A stretch of 58,661 nucleotides of DNA, counting the filler, from an uncultured Myxococcia bacterium (GTDB lineage Bacteria > CAZTWC01): assembly GCA_964617105.1 (NCBI GenBank). It is 2 parts of 2 records of this genome, joined end to end, with 100 filler letters (N's around TTAATTAATTAA, not from the genome) between each part and the next. Parts side by side here need not be neighbours in the genome. Positions count along the whole stretch, not along the records: positions 29,434 to 58,661 come from CAZTWC010000012.1; 1 more part is not named here. One strand, 5' to 3'. The notes beneath the pieces were generated by a model. It ran no database searches and had not been told where the DNA came from. It saw only the letters and a program-made list of their open reading frames with translations. Shown here piece after piece: positions 57,435 to 58,661 of this stretch. Numbering within the stretch: position 1 is the stretch's first letter; the number at the start of each line of letters is the position of its first letter. The position numbers and the translations under genes were made by a program.

Positions 57435-58088
57435 TTACTTATCAAGTGGGCTCTGTCCGCCTTTTCCCCTGGACACTAAAAGATTCTCTAATTTAACCGA
57501 GTATTCATCGATTTCATCAACGATTTTTTTAGTGATACCAGCCAAAAATACATGGGCAGCCATGCAGGGAATAGCCACAATAAGACCAAAGGCCGTGGTA
57601 TTCATAGCAATTGAAATGGACTGGGTAAGCATGGCGGCTTTCTGGTCAGGGGCAGCCTGAGCAACAGCGGCAAATGCCTGGATCAAACCTACAATGGTCC
57701 CCAACAATCCCAACAGAGTGGCTATATTGGCAATGGAAAGCAATGTATCAGTTCTCTTTTGAACTGCCGGCATAACTTCCAAGGTGGCTTCTTCAACCGC
57801 ATTGTAAATCTCGGTTTCCCCCTTATTGGCACGATTCAATCCTGCCTTAATAATTTTAGGCAAGGCGGCTGCCGGGGCAGCATTACAAAGTTTGATTGCC
57901 CGATCAATATTATTGGACATAACCAGTTTTTGTATCTGGTTCATAAAAGCAGTACCATTTATATTATACTTAAAGAATAGAAATATAATTCTTTCAATAA
58001 TAATTGCGATACCGAATACAGAAACAATAGCGATTGGATACATGAATCCACCACCATCTCTGAATGCTTGTGCGATTTGGGCTAACAT
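57435..58088 (-). CDS. MotA/TolQ/ExbB proton channel protein (AglR-like)
   Basis: GGGFMYPI, IIIER, ANIATLLGLLGTIVGLIQAF, ISIAMNTTAFGLIVAIP. Confidence 0.92.
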   Translation of the reverse strand: MLAQIAQAFRDGGGFMYPIAIVSVFGIAIIIERIIFLFFKYNINGTAFMNQIQKLVMSNNIDRAIKLCNAAPAAALPKIIKAGLNRANKGETEIYNAVEEATLEVMPAVQKRTDTLLSIANIATLLGLLGTIVGLIQAFAAVAQAAPDQKAAMLTQSISIAMNTTAFGLIVAIPCMAAHVFLAGITKKIVDEIDEYSVKLENLLVSRGKGGQSPLDK

Positions 58089-58155
58089 CTCTTACTCCTC
58101 CTGTCCTGTATATGTATATGATCAGAAAAGTTAACAGTGACTGACTACTATAGTA

Positions 58156-58413
58156 TTAAAATGGATTTTGTTCAACAGTTTTTAGAATTTTTGGTAAAAA
58201 ACTTTTTTTCAACTCTAAGCCTTCATATTTTAAACTTGACTTTGGCAAGATATAAAAGGCTTCCGGCTTCTGCAACCTGCCTTCAACCTTAATAGCGTCC
58301 TTGATCTTAAATACTCTTTTTCCCCCTTTCTTTTTCTCTTCTGCAAATGGGATGGATGAATTTAAAGTGACCAATGCAAAAACCGCTAGCAGGATAACAA
58401 ATAATTTTTTCAT
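58156..58413 (-). CDS. Small secreted GltF/CglF-like protein
   Basis: Signal peptide; IKVEGRLQKPEAFYIL..SFLPKI...NPF; directly upstream of the TolQ-like gene. Confidence 0.65.
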   Translation of the reverse strand: MKKLFVILLAVFALVTLNSSIPFAEEKKKGGKRVFKIKDAIKVEGRLQKPEAFYILPKSSLKYEGLELKKSFLPKILKTVEQNPF

Positions 58414-58430
58414 CCTCTCTCCTCCCTAAT

Positions 58431-58661
58431 TTACTCTTCTTCACCTTCATTTTCACCCAACTGCTCTTCAGTTTCTTCTTCCGTTGATGAATCTTCTTCT
58501 TGAGATTCCTCTTCAGTAGCAGTCTCACCTTCCGCATTTTCTTCGGCTTCACCTTCTTCGGCAGGAGTAGTTTCGTCGGGGGCAGTNNNNNNNNNNNNNN
58601 NNNNNNNNNNNNNNNNNNNNNNNNNNTCTTCTGCCGCTTCTGCAGGAGTTGTACCCTCTTC
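58431..58661 (-). CDS. Acidic C-terminal tail of an upstream gene (partial; N gap 58587-58626)
   Basis: Manual translation ..TAPDETTPAEEGEAEENAEGETATEEESQEEDSSTEEETEEQLGENEGEEE-stop. Confidence 0.65.
   Translation of the reverse strand, partial: EEGTTPAEAAEXXXXXXXXXXXXXXTAPDETTPAEEGEAEENAEGETATEEESQEEDSSTEEETEEQLGENEGEEE

Noticed and set aside
58307-58552. Lys-rich 81-aa ORF
   Set aside because: Wrong-frame reading of the Glu-rich tail ending at 58431; overlaps the gltF-like gene

Overview
AT-rich (roughly 40-45% GC by eye) chromosomal window from a deltaproteobacterial-type bacterium (Myxococcota/Bdellovibrionota-like gene content; inferred). It contains three assembly gaps, one of them a 100-nt artificial spacer at 29334-29433, so linkage across that point is unproven. 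Recognisable housekeeping genes: pilB (partial), degP, acnB, thyX, valS, rpmB, acyP. Signalling genes are dense: a GAF-GAF-PAS adenylate cyclase, a CheZ / MshEN-REC-TPR / NtrC-type / MshEN-CheX operon, an HD-GYP regulator and a double-FHA protein. Also present are a Rieske/cytochrome b/heptaheme c complex, Cys-rich secreted lipoproteins, and an Agl-Glt-like motor cluster (gltF-aglRQS-gltG-like) followed by a 1567-aa FG-GAP/Ig-repeat protein and a beta-barrel/OPX polysaccharide export pair. Best leads: (i) a B12-radical SAM enzyme fused to a PilZ domain and coupled to a class III aminotransferase; (ii) an unannotated sigma54 transcription unit at 9630-10007 with a cryptic Val/Pro-rich peptide; (iii) a switch-like structured RNA inside the motor operon, plus an ExbD lacking the proton-conducting Asp; (iv) nested, covarying palindromic repeats; (v) an aldehyde dehydrogenase with both catalytic Cys and Asn replaced by Ser. 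No tRNA, rRNA, CRISPR array, transposase or phage gene was seen. All calls rest on motif recognition by eye; no searches were run.
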